The notes under the pieces were generated by a model, which saw only the letters and a list, made by a program, of their open reading frames with translations, had not been told where the DNA came from and did no database searches. Positions 38,726-52,455 of a stretch of 64,000 bases of DNA are shown here, one piece after another. Origin of the DNA: Torpedo marmorata (taxonomy: Eukaryota). The position numbers and the translations under genes are program-made. Each line of letters opens with the position of its first letter. Position 1 is the first letter of the stretch. The stretch is taken from contig OZ360230.1 of the NCBI GenBank assembly GCA_977017645.1, forward strand, positions 103,850,001-103,914,000. The letters run 5' to 3'.

Positions 38726-40064
38726 TAAATCTATACACATGTACACAGAGGAATCCATTATAAGCACTGAAGTTAATTTCCAGGTGTTGTGGTTGCCTGC
38801 TGTGTAACGTGGCAGCTTTTCTGACAGAGCTGCCTTTCTTTACACAGCTGATTTCAAAACCAATTACAAAGCATCAGTGCATTCTATGGAAATCATTTTC
38901 AGGTCAGTTCCTGCAAATATCACTGTCTTCTATATTAACTATACTCTGACTAGGTTTCTATTCCTGAGCAGGTTTTGAGTTGTTGTCACAAGGTTAGCAA
39001 TATGCATGGTAGATGTAGTGAGTGTCATTTCGATGCTCTGACAGTGTATGCAAAATTATTCTGATCGAGAAATTGAAAGTCTAAACTGACCATAATTCTC
39101 AATTTAGCAATTTAGATGAGAAAATCTGCAGTAATTGTCCATAAGCACCATCAAGTTATTTCTCAGCCTACTTAACTCTTAAATGTGGATGTTCAGTATA
39201 CTTTTGCAGACGAAAATATTCTTAAGGAGGTATTGTGAGTTTAACTGTATTTTTACATGCAGCTGTTACTCACACGACCTTTTGAAAAGTGAAGCTATGA
39301 AGAGAGAGGTAATGACAATGGAGAGCCATCAAAAGTAGAGAAATTAAGATCTGAAGCAAGGGGTAACATTTGACCTTGGATTTTGAAACAATGAGACAAA
39401 GAGGGACAGATGATAGATTGGCTTCCTTTACCTAATGAAAAAGTTAAAGCAGTCTGGACTTCTGGAATTGGGCATATTATATTCTGAATGCAAGACCCAT
39501 TGCTCTTTCTCAGCTGCTGAGCAATGACTACAAAAGATAATGCTGTTCATAAATTGAAGATGAAAAAAGTGCTAAATATTCATAAAATATAATTTCTGGT
39601 TTAAATAATGCAAGTTATATTATTTGATGCAATCTAAAAATGTTCATTCTGGAAAATATCAATTACTTTCTCCATTCAAACTTGGCATCTCAATCAAACA
39701 TTTATAGTTATAGATTCAAAGCACAGAAACAAACTGGGCCATGAGGCTGGTGATAGCTCTCAGAAAAAAAATTATATAAACATTTCTAATGTCCAGCTTT
39801 TCATGCAATAGCCATGCAAGGCTTCAGGCCTTTCCCAGAAGCAGATTCAAGGACTGGCAGGGGAGCGAAGTGTGTTCACGTTTACAAAGACCAATATCTG
39901 AGTGGGATGTTGTGCACTTCCCATCCAAACAAAAGTACTCATTCGAGTCAGTTAACTTTCCAAATCAGAGCACTTCAAAGGCACAATACTTGTCAGCAAT
40001 GCAAGTTCAACCATAAAAACTAAAGCCTGAAACTTGAAGTCGAACTTAATCAGAGAAGGTTTAC

Positions 40065-40460
40065 TGGAGTTAGCCTATGAGGAGAGGTCGAGTCGCCTGG
40101 GACTACACTTGCTGGAGTTCAAAATGAGAGGGAATGTTATGGAACTATATAAAATTATGAAAGGGGTAGATAAGATAAAGGAAGGAACGCTGTTTTCTCT
40201 GGTAGGTGAGACAAGAACGAAGAGACATAGCCTCAAGATTCAGGGGAGGAGAGATTTAAGATAGTGAGGAGGAACTGCGCTTCCCAGTGAATCTGTGGAA
40301 TTGCCTGCCCAAGGAAGCAGTAGAGGCTGCCTCATTAAATAAATTTAAAATACAGCTAGATAGACGTTTGCATGGTTGGGGAATTATGGGGAATAGGCAG
40401 GTAGATGGAGCTGAGTCCATGGTCAGATCAGCCATGATGGCAGACTCTTTCTATTTCTGA
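40065..40460 (+). mobile_element. CR1 3' fragment
   Basis: LAYEERSSRLGLHLLEFKMRGNVMELYKIMKGVDKI in ORF 40034..40264. Confidence 0.85.
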
Positions 40461-43042
40461 TGTTATGTGGGATGGGACCTCAGCTTAACATTTGGACTGA
40501 AGAACCTTTAGCAATTCAAAGCAATGCATGAGAATGAGCCCACACGGCACACAGCTGAAATACAAAGCCAAGGCTGACAGACTTCAAACAATCAATAATC
40601 TTTCAAATCAGAGGAGAATCCCAACATTAGTCTCCAAATAACTACTTGATTTCCTGAAGTGGAAAGTAACATACAGTATTTTGAAACAAAATTGCAACAA
40701 ATGTTAACAGCATGAATAGTTAGCTAAGTCAGAAAGGTCATCACAAAAAGTGGTGCAAAGTTGAAGAAACTAAGTCATCAGTGGCAGGATAAAAAAGGTG
40801 AATTAGTTTAGTTGCTCGGGAATGAAAGGTCTCCACCTGAAACTTCAGCCTGTCTTTGTGAAAATACATTTGGATATGCCTGTCATTTTCAGAATTTTGT
40901 CTTTGAGCATTTTTCCTGCCTTCAACCTGGAAAGCCAAATAATTTAACTGCAATGAGCTCTGCAGGATAGTAATTCCCAACTTGAGAGCTACTTTCATGA
41001 TGAGCTGTCATCATACTATCTTGTCAATTATCCAGGTTAAGAAATAGAACATAGATCAAGTCATTATTGGTCTCTGCATCACTTGTTTCCCCCTCCTGAA
41101 GATGAAAAACATTTCCTTATGCAAGGTTTCAGTGCAAAAACCATAACTGGGACTTGCTTTCAATGTATTCGAACTGAAGTGCACAGCAGACCTTGGAATA
41201 AGAATATTAAACCAATAACATTAAAAAAGAAAAATGTTTAACTTTTTGAATTATTTCAGCAGACTGATGTTGAGTTGCCATTTTCATTAGCAAATTGCCA
41301 AAATGTTGTCCACCTGAAAACATGAGCAGATTTACAATGCAATAGCATTGGAAGCTTCCATCATCCAGTGTCAAATACTTGGAAATTCAGGTCCAGGAAA
41401 TTAGTCCACAAATGTAATTGCAAAACAGAGTTTCTCGATAGCAGGAATGGGGTGATTTCACATTAGAATTCCAACACCAGACTGTTGAGAAGGTATCAGA
41501 CAAGGAAGATCATGATCTGTGTTTGACAACATTGTAAAACGACGAAGTCTATAACAATTCTCCTTTTAAAAATTACCTCAACACACTTTGCACGATTCCT
41601 CCAACAGGGCTAATTTCGTATCAGATTAATATTTATTATTATGCAAATAACACAAAGATTCCACAGAATTGTGTGTACAAAAAGCAGAACAAATCCAATC
41701 CAGTGATGGAAGGTATTGCAGACTACGTATTTTGCAGCTCTTGTTCCTCAAATGTTCAACTTTGGTTCCATTTGGGCCACTAGGCTGCAGTACTCATCAT
41801 TTCAAAACTGGACAGATGAATTGCAAAGCGCAGAAGAGAATGATGGGGTTTTGACATTGTGGTGTCAAGGAGCTCGAGCAAAAATGAAATGCATGTGGGA
41901 GAATTGGAGAAAACACTCCTGTGCTTGCTCATTATGGGCATATGGTTATGGTATTTGTTCCCAGAAACCACATACCCACATTGTTGTTGCAGGAGTTCTT
42001 CAAGGTGCTTCAGTAATTACCTTAATTCTATCACCAGGTGAGAAGTGATCTTCACAAATTACTGGGCAACTGCTCAGATAAGAAAGCAATTTGTGCCCTC
42101 ATGCAGAGCCCAAACAAGAATTAAACATTGAATGAAAAGCAGCAAATAAAATTCATATAACAGAATGTACTGACCAATAACCAGGCAAAAAATTATCATT
42201 CCAACAAGTGTAAGCACCTTCCAGTGAATGCAATAAAATTACCACTGCAAAAAGCCACCCTCTGCATTTAATGGATCACTAATGATTGTAAATTTAGCAA
42301 ATACTGTAGCTGTTGAAAAAGATCCAAGGTTGATATTAGGTGACAACTTGGAAATGTGATAAAATTCTCTCCAGATGTGTAGCAATATCAATATCCAATG
42401 ACACCTATAAAGCTCGACACCATGCAAGAAAAAGCAACCCACTTGATTGTTGAATCTTCACTGAATGGGATCATGTATGCAGCATGCACCCATCTATCTG
42501 CAAGATGCATATCAATTCAGCATGGCTTCTTCACCAACCCTCTCTGAATACGTGACCACCATCATTAAGGATAAGGAAAGCAGAAACATGGGAATGCCAT
42601 CACCTCAAGTTCCCCCTACGACGTCCTATCTTGAATGTCACTGGCCCAGAACTTTAAAAAAAAATGCCAATCCAACAATATTTTGGGAGCCCTTTCATCA
42701 CTCAATGGGAGGAATTAAGGAATGGGCAATAAACATAGTTCCTTTCTAATGATACCCATGTCTTAGCAACAAAGTAATTTTAGGTGTAAAATGTACATAA
42801 TTTATTGTCCATAGCACTCATAGGTTACTGGAATATTTACTGAGTGTCACAAAACATTGACATGAATGAATTGCTTATCCTAAAAAAGAAAATGTCAGAA
42901 TATTGAAGCAACATTACACATTTCCAACTACGTCTGAAACACTGAAATGCTCCATACCCTCGCACTTTGCGTAGAGTGCAGTGCATTGCAACTTAAACTT
43001 ATTCTTAGCAGTGCATCAGCTTCACTGTCAATCTGATCTCAC

Positions 43043-43246
43043 CTCTAAGAATTTAATAACTGATGGATTATAATCGATCGTCTTCCTGTTCACAGCCTTT
43101 CTCATACGTTTGCCATCAAAGGTCAGTTGCTGCATAGCTTGCTGCTGGGCAAAATCTGGTCGCTTGTAAAAGGTGTGCCTTGGTCCCTGGTGCTGAAACC
43201 TTGGCATGTGAAAAAATCGAGGAGGTGAGGTTATTTCCAAAGCCAT
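43043..43246 (-). CDS. WDR33: WDR33 first coding exon (exon 2), aa 1-68
   Basis: Translates [68 protein letters not shown], the recognisable WDR33 N-terminus including F43. Kozak context atcaccATGG; donor GAG|gtgaga at 43042-43041; acceptor ttttttctttacag at 43272-43271, so the exon starts about 43270 with 24 nt of 5'UTR. Confidence 0.97.
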
Positions 43247-46200
43247 GGTGATAAAATTCTTCTAACAAATCTGTAAAGAAAAAAATGCATATGAATTGTC
43301 AGTTAAAATTTTGAACAACTCCTTTAATTTCTCTGCACAATCTCTACTATAATCATTTCCACATGTTCCAGAAAAAATAACACTGGTGACTTTTATTAAC
43401 ACTTCTTGTTTCAAACTATGGCTTTAGCTCAGTAAGCAAAATCTCATTTCCACAAATTAAAACAACTCTGATATAGCATGTCTCTTAAATAAATTATTAC
43501 TGAAGATAAGAGCTCTCAAACACATCTGAAAGTTGATTTATTATATTTTGAGAGATGTGAAAAAAGAACTTAGAATTCCCATTTGTAATTACTTTTGATG
43601 TCCTGACTTTAACAAACACAAAGCCAGTGGAGTACATCAAGTGTGCACCCGCTGGCTTAAACTGGTCATTGCTCATTTAAGGACCATGGTTCCACTGCTA
43701 CGAAAGGAACAGCAAACATTGTGTGCTTGCATATCAACATTAGTTAAAAATGTGTTAGTGTTACAGGACTATCCCCCTGAAATTAAAACTCATGAACTCC
43801 AAACCTCTTCATCAATGGATTATATGTTAGAAACAAGAAGAAAGCAGTCAATGTGCTCAATAGTCCTGGAAAGGTATTTCAATATTCAAAACTTATAGCT
43901 TCGAAGTAATTAGCCTAACATCCAGAGGCAATATAATTGGAGAGAATTCTACAACATACAACATCCGAACTTGAAGAAAATAGCTTTTACAATAATTATT
44001 TTGTTAAAGTTCTGCCAGTAAAGGTGATAGCACATTAAAACAGGACCATGGAGTGGGTAGACTGTTGCAAAAAACTGAGGATTAGGGCCACACAGCTGTC
44101 ACAAAATATAGCTGCTGGTAACTGACTGGATGATTAAACCTCATCTCAGATGTGGAAACTGGCCTGGATTCAAACATGTTTAAAGTAGAAAGGTGATCCG
44201 CTGCTACCTCTAACTGCAGAAGCAAAAGCTTAAAATGACAACAGCAGCAAATATATTGGTTAAAGTATTTTTTTAATTGTTAAACAAGTTCAAATTGTAG
44301 AACAACTTTTATATACGATTATGATCAACTGAACGTAACTGACAAAGAAGACAGGACACTAAACGATTTTAACAAAAAATAAAACATTTTTTTTGTAATA
44401 ATTTTCTTTTGAATTAGTGTTATTCTACCAACTTTTCAAAGCTCAGTCGTGGAAGTGCTTAATCTGAAAATAATGCACAAATCAAGAATCTTTGTGCTTT
44501 GATCCCTGTTCTAAATTAAACGATTCCAGCTGCAGCAGTGGTAGGATTTTTCAATTTGCTGAACAAGTTCCCTCATTCCAGAGTGAAATATGCAAGCATC
44601 AAGTGGCTAAGTTCAGGTCATTTGCAACATTCCTCTCAAATTAATTACCGTACATCATGCAATACATACTCACACAGGGGAGTGGAGGTACGTGATGACT
44701 TCCATTCAATTATCCTCCAGAGATGTGATACCACAATGTATTTAAAACTTAAAACCTCACAAATGCATATTTTTAGTTATCTTTTTTGGCTATAAATTTG
44801 TCAACCTGAATGAAAATAATCATCCCCCACTTCATCCAAAACTACAATCAGCCTTGAAAACCAATGTAAAACCAGGTAGTGATAGAGAGGAGCTTCAGGG
44901 AGACAGTCACCCCCAAATGTCAGGAAGCAGGTAGCTGGGTGACTGTTAGGAGAGGGAAGGGGAATAGGCAGACAGTGCAGAGAACCCTGGTGGCCGTTTC
45001 CCTCAACAATAAGTATACTGTTTTGGATACTGTTGGGGGGACAATCTACCAGGGACAAGTCGTGGTGGTCACGTCTCTGGCGCAGAGGCTGGCCCCTCGG
45101 CTCAGAAGGGAAGGGGAGAGAAGAGAAGAGCAATGGTGATTGGGGACTCGTTGGTGAGGCGAGTGGATAGGAGGTTCTGTGAGCAAGATCAAGGCTCCAG
45201 GATGGTATTTTGCCTCCCAGGTGTCAGGGATGTCTCCGATCGGGTTCACAGCATTCTGGAGGGGGAGGGTGAGTAGCCAGATGTCGTGGTCCACGTGGGG
45301 ACCATTGACAAAGATAGTAGTGATGAGGTCCTGAAGAGGGAGTATAGGGAGTTAGGAAAGTTAAAAGCAGGACCTCAAGGGTGGTAATCTCGGGATTGCT
45401 GCCACGTGCCAGAGAGGATAGGAATAGGAAGTTGTGGCAGGTGAATGCGTGGCTGAAGAGTTGGTGCAGCAGGCAGGAGTTCAGATTTGTGGATCATTGG
45501 GATCTCTTCCAGGGAAGGTCTGACCTGTACAAAAAGGACAGGCTGCACCTGAACTGGAAAGGGACCAATATCCTGGCATGCAGGTTTGCTCGAGCTGCTG
45601 GGGAGGGTTTAAACTAGTTTGGCAGGGGGGTGGGAACCAGAATGTGAGTGCAGAGAATAGGGCAGAAGGTCAAAAGCATGATGCTATGTGTTCTGAGTTT
45701 GTGAGAAAGGACAGGCATAAATGTAGCCAGTTAGAGGGGTTGAAATGTGTCTATTTCAATGTTAGTACAGTATTAGGAATAAAGGGGATGCACTTAAGAG
45801 CATGGATCAGTACGTGGAACTACGATGTTGTGGCCGTTACAGAGACTTGGCTGGAGGAAGGGTAGGATTGGCTGATGCAGGTACTAGGGTTTAGGTGTTT
45901 TAAAAGGAATAGGATGGGAGGTAAGGGTGGGGGGGGGGGAAGTAAAATTACTGGTCAGGGATAGTATCACGGCTATAGAAAGGGAGGACGCTGCAGTGTC
46001 CACTGAGACTGTGTGGTGGAAGTCAGAAATAGGAAGGGAGTTTTTCATTCAGAAAGGCCTTTACTTGATGATAACAGAAAAAGGTGTTATTAGATATATT
46101 AAATTTATTCTTCATTTGTTCAAAGGTCAAAAATTGACCTCTTTCAAAACAATCTTCAATATTTTTTAAATACCCTGTCGTGACCAAATCCTTAAAAGAT

Positions 46201-47429
46201 TGGTTATCTATAGAAAATGGAATGTCTATTCTGTACTAAAGGCGTCTTCCTTGACAATAAACCTCTTGAACCTATTTATCAATCTTACTCCAGATCTCAA
46301 CCAAATGTTTCAAAATAGGGGCATCTCTAACCCCAGTCAACAATTTAGAATTCCATTTATAAAGTCTTGTGAATTCATTTCTCCTATTTTATTGAGTTCA
46401 ATATCCACCCAAGCGGGTTTTTTCTCAGTCAAACAATACATTAATAAATCTCAACTAGGCAGCCCTATAATAATTTTTAAAATTAGGGAGTTGCAAGCCT
46501 CCCAAATCAAACTTCCAAGTTAATTTTTCCAAAGAAACCCTCGCCATTTTACCTTTCCATAAAAATTTCCTTATATTCATGAAAAACTGGGAATGAATTT
46601 GACATTACCAAATTGTAGTGAGGCTGAATTGTTGATTCGTAACAGTAATATACATAAATTTATCTCTGCAATGTATGTTTTGTTACAAAAGGGATCTTCT
46701 AAAGAAGGGATGCATAAGTCAAGAGAGAGATGACAAGTTGATTTGAATAGGCAAATAGATGAGCGAAATTGGATGGAGTTGTGTAGGGATAGTATGACAA
46801 ATACAATAATATAGATTGGTACAATATAATTTTTTACATCAGTTATACCTTACCCGCAAAAGTTACATAGATTGAATTATACATTACCAGATTTGTGTTT
46901 TAAATGTGGACAAGAGGTTGGTACATTTTTGCATTCTACTTGGCAGTGTCCTAAGGTAAAACCTTTCTGGCTTGATGTGAGTAATTTATTACAACGAATA
47001 ACAGGGATCAAATTCCCGCAGGATCCAATACTATTTCTATTAGGCAACATTAAAGGCATTACACCTAAATTAAAATTAAATATGTATCAAATAAAGTTTG
47101 TAAAAATTGCCTTAGCAGTATCTAGGAAATGTATTGCTATAACTTGGAAATCAGATACAGATTTAGGAATGGAGAGATGGAATGCGGAAATTCGTAGTTG
47201 TATACCACTTGAGAAAATTACATACAGCTTAAGGGATACCATATATTTTGGAAAATATGGCGTCCATATTTGCAGTGTTGGAATGAATTTCTCTGGTAAC
47301 CTCAATCCTTGGTGAACTCCTTTATTTCATGATAAATATGATTTCTGGAAAAGGACTCTCTCGACAACCTTCCATCTTGTATCTTTTTCATTCTTTCTTC
47401 CTTCTTTCTTGGGGCTTTAGGGGGAGGGG

Positions 47430-47432
<3 letters not shown>

Positions 47433-47483
<51 letters not shown>
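47433..47483. repeat. (AT)n(AC)n microsatellite in the L1 3'UTR
   Basis: Direct reading. Confidence 0.95.
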
Positions 47484-47484
<1 letters not shown>

Positions 47485-47565
47485 CACATGTATAATGGAT
47501 TAGACTATTTTAAAGATTTGTATTGTAAATTTTATTTGGTGGTTAAAAAAATAAAAATAAAAAAA

Positions 47566-47695
47566 GTGGTTTTTGGACTTTTTCTTTCCACTCACATACC
47601 ACCTTAAGTAATCCCTTGCTAATCACAGAGCACCTATGGCATGGGGATTGCTTGGGCTGGAATGTGAGTGGAGGAAGAAAGTTTGAAAACCACTG
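47566..47695. mobile_element. Small hAT/Charlie-like MITE (hairpin)
   Basis: gtggtttttggactttttctttccactcacat ... atgtgagtggaggaagaaagtttgaaaaccactg; TIR of the CAGTGGTTTTCAAAC type. Confidence 0.7.
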
Positions 47696-50439
47696 GTGTC
47701 GACAGTCCTTTTGTGTTGTCGGAGCAGTCTATGATTAGTATAGCAAAGGGAGGTTCAAGAGCCTGGTAGCTGTTGGAAAGTACTGATAGAACAAGATACC
47801 AGGGAAACACAATGAACATGGTTCAGTTTGTGATATGAAACAAAGAAACAATAAAAAAAACAAAAGCCACTGAAAATATGAAATAAAACAGACAAAAGCC
47901 AAAAAATAGGAAGGGAGCAATCACTGTACGAGGAGTAGTCTTATAGGCCCCCAAATAGCCCTTGGGACACCAAGGAGCAGATAAGCAGGCAGATTTTGGA
48001 ATGGTGCAGGAAATACAGGGCTGTAGTTATGGGTAATTTCAACTTCCCTAATATTGACTGGCACTTCCTGACTGCAAGAGGGAAAGATGGGGCTGAATTT
48101 GTCAGGTGTGTTCAAGAAGGATTCCTGATACAGTATGTGGACCAGCCGACGAGAGGAGAGGCCATACTGGATCTAATTCTAGGTAATGAACCTGGTCAGG
48201 TGGCGGACCTCACGGTGGGGGAGCATTTTGGTGAGAGTGACCACAACTCCCTGAGCTTTAGCATAGCTATGGATAAGGATAAAAGCAGACAAAATGGGAA
48301 AGTGTTTAAATGGGGAAGGGCTAACTATGATGGGATGAGGCAGGAACAAGCGAGAGTAAATTGGAAACAGATGTTCAAGGGTGAAAGCACAGAACTAATG
48401 TAGAGGAAGTTTAGGAACCACTTGTGTTGGGTTCAGGACATGTTTGTCCCACTGAGACAGGGCAAAGATGGTAGGAAAAGGGAACCGTGGTTGATTAAGC
48501 AGGTGAGGCAGCTAGTCAAGAGGAAGAAGGAAGCATACATTATAGGAAGCAGGAAACAGAAAGGGCTCATGAGAAGTACATGGTAGCCAGGAAGGAGCTG
48601 AAGAAAGGACTTAGGAGAGCTTGAAGGGGGCATGAGAAAACCTTGGCATGTAGGATGAAGGAGAACCCCAAGGCGTTCTATGCAAAAGAAATTGATGAGG
48701 GTAGGGCGGCAGATGTGGTCCGTATGGATTTTAGCAAGGCATTTGATAAGGTCCCACCATGGGAGACTCGTTCAAAAAGTCATGAGGCATGGGACATGGA
48801 ACCTTGGCTGTGTAGATAAAAAATAGGCTTGCAGGTAGAAAGCAGAGCGTAGTAGTGGAAGGAAAGTATTTTTCCTGAAGGTCAGTGACTAGTAGAGTAC
48901 TGCAAGGATCTGTTCTGGGGCCCCTGCTCTGTGAGTTTTATAAATGACCTGGATGAAGAGGCGGAAGGATAGGTTAGTAAGTTTGCAGATGATACAAAGG
49001 TTGGAGGAGTTGTGGATGGAATTGAAGGTTGTCGAAGGTTACAAGAAGATATAGACAGGATGCAGAGTTGGGCGGAGAAGTGGTAGATGGAGTTCAATCC
49101 GGATCAGTGTGAGGTGATGCATTTTGGAAGGTCAAACCAGAAGGCTCAGTTACTTAAGAGTGAGGATGAACAGAAGGACCTTGGGGTCCAAATCCATGCA
49201 TCCCTCAAGGTCGCCGCACAGTTTGATAGGAGAGTTAAGAAGGCCTGCGGGATGCTGGGCTTCATTAATAGGGAGATTGCGTTCAAGAGTAGAGAGGTCA
49301 TGTTGCAACTCTACAAATCTCTGGTGAGACCACACTTGGAGTATTGTGATCAGCTCTGGTCACCTCATTATAGGAAGGATGTGGAAACTATGAAGAGGGT
49401 ACAGAGGAGATTTACCAGGATGTTGCCTGGATTGGAAAATAAGTCTTATGAGGCAAGGTTAGCAGAGCTGGGACTTTTCTCTTTGGAGCGTAGAAGAATG
49501 AGAGGAGACTTAATAGAGGTGTACAAGATTATGAGAGGCATAGATAGGGTGGACAGCCAGTGCCTGTTTCCCAGGGCAGGAATAGAAAACACCAGAGGAC
49601 ATGTGTACAAAGTGAAGGGAGGGAAGTTTAGGGGAGACATCAGGGGTGTTTTTTTTAACGCAGAGTTGTGGGTACCTGGAATGCCTGGTTGTGGAGGCTG
49701 AAACATTTGGGGCATTTAAGAGACTCTTAGACAGGCACATGGATGGAAGAAAAATAGAGGGTTACAGGGTAGGGAGGGTTTAGTACTTTTTTTTTTAAGG
49801 AATATATGGGTCAGCACAACATCGAAGGCCAAAGGGCCTGTACTGTGCTGTCGTGTTCTATGTTCTAAGAGATAAAATGAAAATAAGATTAATATCTTAA
49901 AAAGAGATTGAAATTGCTTTGCCTGTTTCTTGCTATATAATTCAAAAGGGTACCAGGAGAGGCACAATTTCTTGATTGACTTGAAATATTTCATCTATTC
50001 ATCAAATGACAGTACAGAATTTAACATTCAAAAGCAAAAAAAATACAAAAAATGCAGAAACAGCCAAACAAAATTCGGGTACAACAGTACCAAAACATGT
50101 TGTCACTGCGCCAAAACTAATTCAGCAGAGTCAACATATGAAATCCAACACATTGCAAGTTGAAAGCACTCTCCTATTTACTTTCATATGCTAACCTTGT
50201 TTTATTCAAGTGTACTTGAACAAGGTAGGGTTAGCATCTCATGAGTGGACGAGGAAGTCACGGAGGGTGCAGTCCCTGCAGAAGGCGGAGAGGGAAGGAA
50301 AGAAAGGAATAAAATCCTTACAGGGGACAGGGTGTGAAGAGGTGTCATCGAGGTAACTGTGGGAGGGTGGGTTTGTAGAAAATACCCGCACGGGTCCCTG
50401 CATTTTTGTTGGCTATGTGGATCAATCAATGCTACAAGC

Positions 50440-51765
50440 TAACACATGCAAGGCTCCTCAACTCTTCCTCCACGACATTGACAACTACATTGGTGCTGCC
50501 TCATACACCCATGATTAAGCTCGTCAATTGTATCCACTTTGCTGCTAACTTTCACCCTGACCTCAAATTCACTTAGTTTATCTCTGGCAACTCTCTCTTT
50601 TCTTGAACTCTCTGCTTGATCTCGGAAGATAAACTCTCCAGTTTCTACAAACCCACAGCACTCAACTACACCTCATCACACCCTGTCCCCATTTAGGATT
50701 CTATTCCTTTCTCTCAACTCCTCCGACTTCATCCCCATCTGCTCCCAGGATGATGTCTTCCATTCCAGATCATCCGAGATGTCCTACTTCAACAAAAAAC
50801 GTGGCTTCCCCTCGACCACCATCAACTCAGCCCTAACCCGCATCTCTATTTCCTGCACATCTGCCCTGGCCCCCCTGCCCCTCGATGCAAGGACAGGATT
50901 CCCTTTGTCCTCACCGACAACCCCAACAGCCTCCGCAGCCAACATGTTATCATGAGTCTCCTACCACCAGACACATCTTCCCCTCTCCTCCTTCCGCAGG
51001 GACCGCTCCCTCTGTGACTTGCTCGTCCACTCCTCCCTTTCCACCAATCACCCCCTTGGCATCTACCCGTGACTGCAGGAAATGCTACACTTGCGCCCAC
51101 ACCTGCTCCCTCATCTCCAAACAATCCTTCCAAGTGAAGCAACACTTGTGAATCTGCATGGGATGATCTACTGCATCCAATGCTCTCGTTGTTGCCTCTT
51201 CTGCATTGGAGAGACTGGACAGAGACTGGCAGATTGTTTCATTGCACACCACCACTCTATCCGCTGCAATAGTGGGGCCTCCCATATGTCTATCCATGGC
51301 CTCGTGTAGTGCCAAACCAAGGCCACCCGCAAATTGGCAACACCTAATATCCTGACTGGGCACTCTCCAACCAGATGCCATTTACATAGACTTCTCTGGT
51401 TTCTGTTAGGCCTCTCCTCTGTCTCTCCTTCCCTATCCCTCTGTCTCCTTTCCTCTAATGCCCCACCTCCTTCCCTCTCCATTCAGAGAGCTATCACCTC
51501 CCCATCACTTCCCAGATTTTTTTCCTCTTCTGCCCTCATACCCATATCCATCTATGACCTCTTGCTTATGGCCCTGTGCTCTTCCCCCGCCCCTCCCCCC
51601 ACCATTTTATTCAGGCATCTGCCTGCTCTTTGCTCATATCTTGACAAAGGCCTCATTTCCAAAACGTTCGTTATGTATCCTTCCTACATAAAGAACGCTG
51701 TTGAGTTTCTCCAGCACTTTTGTGTATGAAATTACAATCAGAGCGTCTGCAGACTGTCTGAACTT
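50440..51765 (+). mobile_element. Penelope-like element (RT C-terminus, GIY-YIG, 3' region), degraded
   Basis: IDNYIGAAS..FAANFHPDLKFT..FYKPT remnants; MIYCIQCSRCCLFCIGETGQRLADCF; end ...gagtttctccagcacttttgtgt...gcgtctgcagac. Confidence 0.88.
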
Positions 51766-52455
51766 CATTGGCCATACACAACTTTACACCCTATCCTACT
51801 CATGCCAGTGCTGCCCTTCCAAGTGGCAAGAATGTCCTCTTCCACACTACTCAAAGGATGATACTTCAATAGCTGAAGTCCCAATTCAATGCTGAAAAAC
51901 TCATGACTAGTGAATGAGATGTTGAGAGGGTAAATGCAATGAGTACTGTTGAACATTGTAGCATTGCCTTTAAATAAGGGCAGCAAAACTTGACATGTTA
52001 GGGCTTCCTATTCATCTGCTTTCTTTTTATAAAATGGTGCTTTACTGGAACAAACATGTCACACTGATTCTGTCCTGTAACTGGGCGAGTTGATTGCAAA
52101 TAGTCAGGAACTCCACCTGTTGAGAAGAGACAGAGACCTAATGTATTAATAGTCTTGGAACGCAAATGTACAGTGTCCAAAACAAATGTTTCATTATTAA
52201 TAATGAGCAAACAGAACAAGGTTTAAAGAAAAAGCAAAATCTGATCAGGAGAACTGCACATGACAAAAACATTCTTGCTCTTGTGTGGCTGTTATGTTTT
52301 TACTACCATTCTGGAATTTCCCACACGTGCCAATTTAAAAAGATCATTGCTAGCTCCTTGGCCAGTAAGAAAATTGAGAGTCCATGGCATAATCTGAGTT
52401 GTTTCTTTCGCACAGTACTCTTTGGGCTGCAGTATCAAGAGATCATATTTCAAAT

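Larger units (their letters stand above)
46041..47903 (+). mobile_element. L1-clade insertion with 5' inversion and extra 3' sequence, 14-bp TSD
   Basis: aaataggaagggag at 46027-46040 and 47904-47917; 46041-46578 is ORF2 on the - strand, 46579-47565 continues ORF2/3'UTR on the + strand. Confidence 0.9.
44875..49867 (+). mobile_element. Long CR1 LINE (ORF1 SGNH esterase, ORF2 APE + RT, internally deleted), interrupted at 46041-47903
   Basis: VIGDSLV / VVVHVGT / VISGLLP / LHLNWKGT (esterase); DVVAVTETWL, VVMGNFNFPNIDW, LDLILGN, SDHN (APE); RT and LVRPHLEYC; (TTCTATG) tail. Confidence 0.92.
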
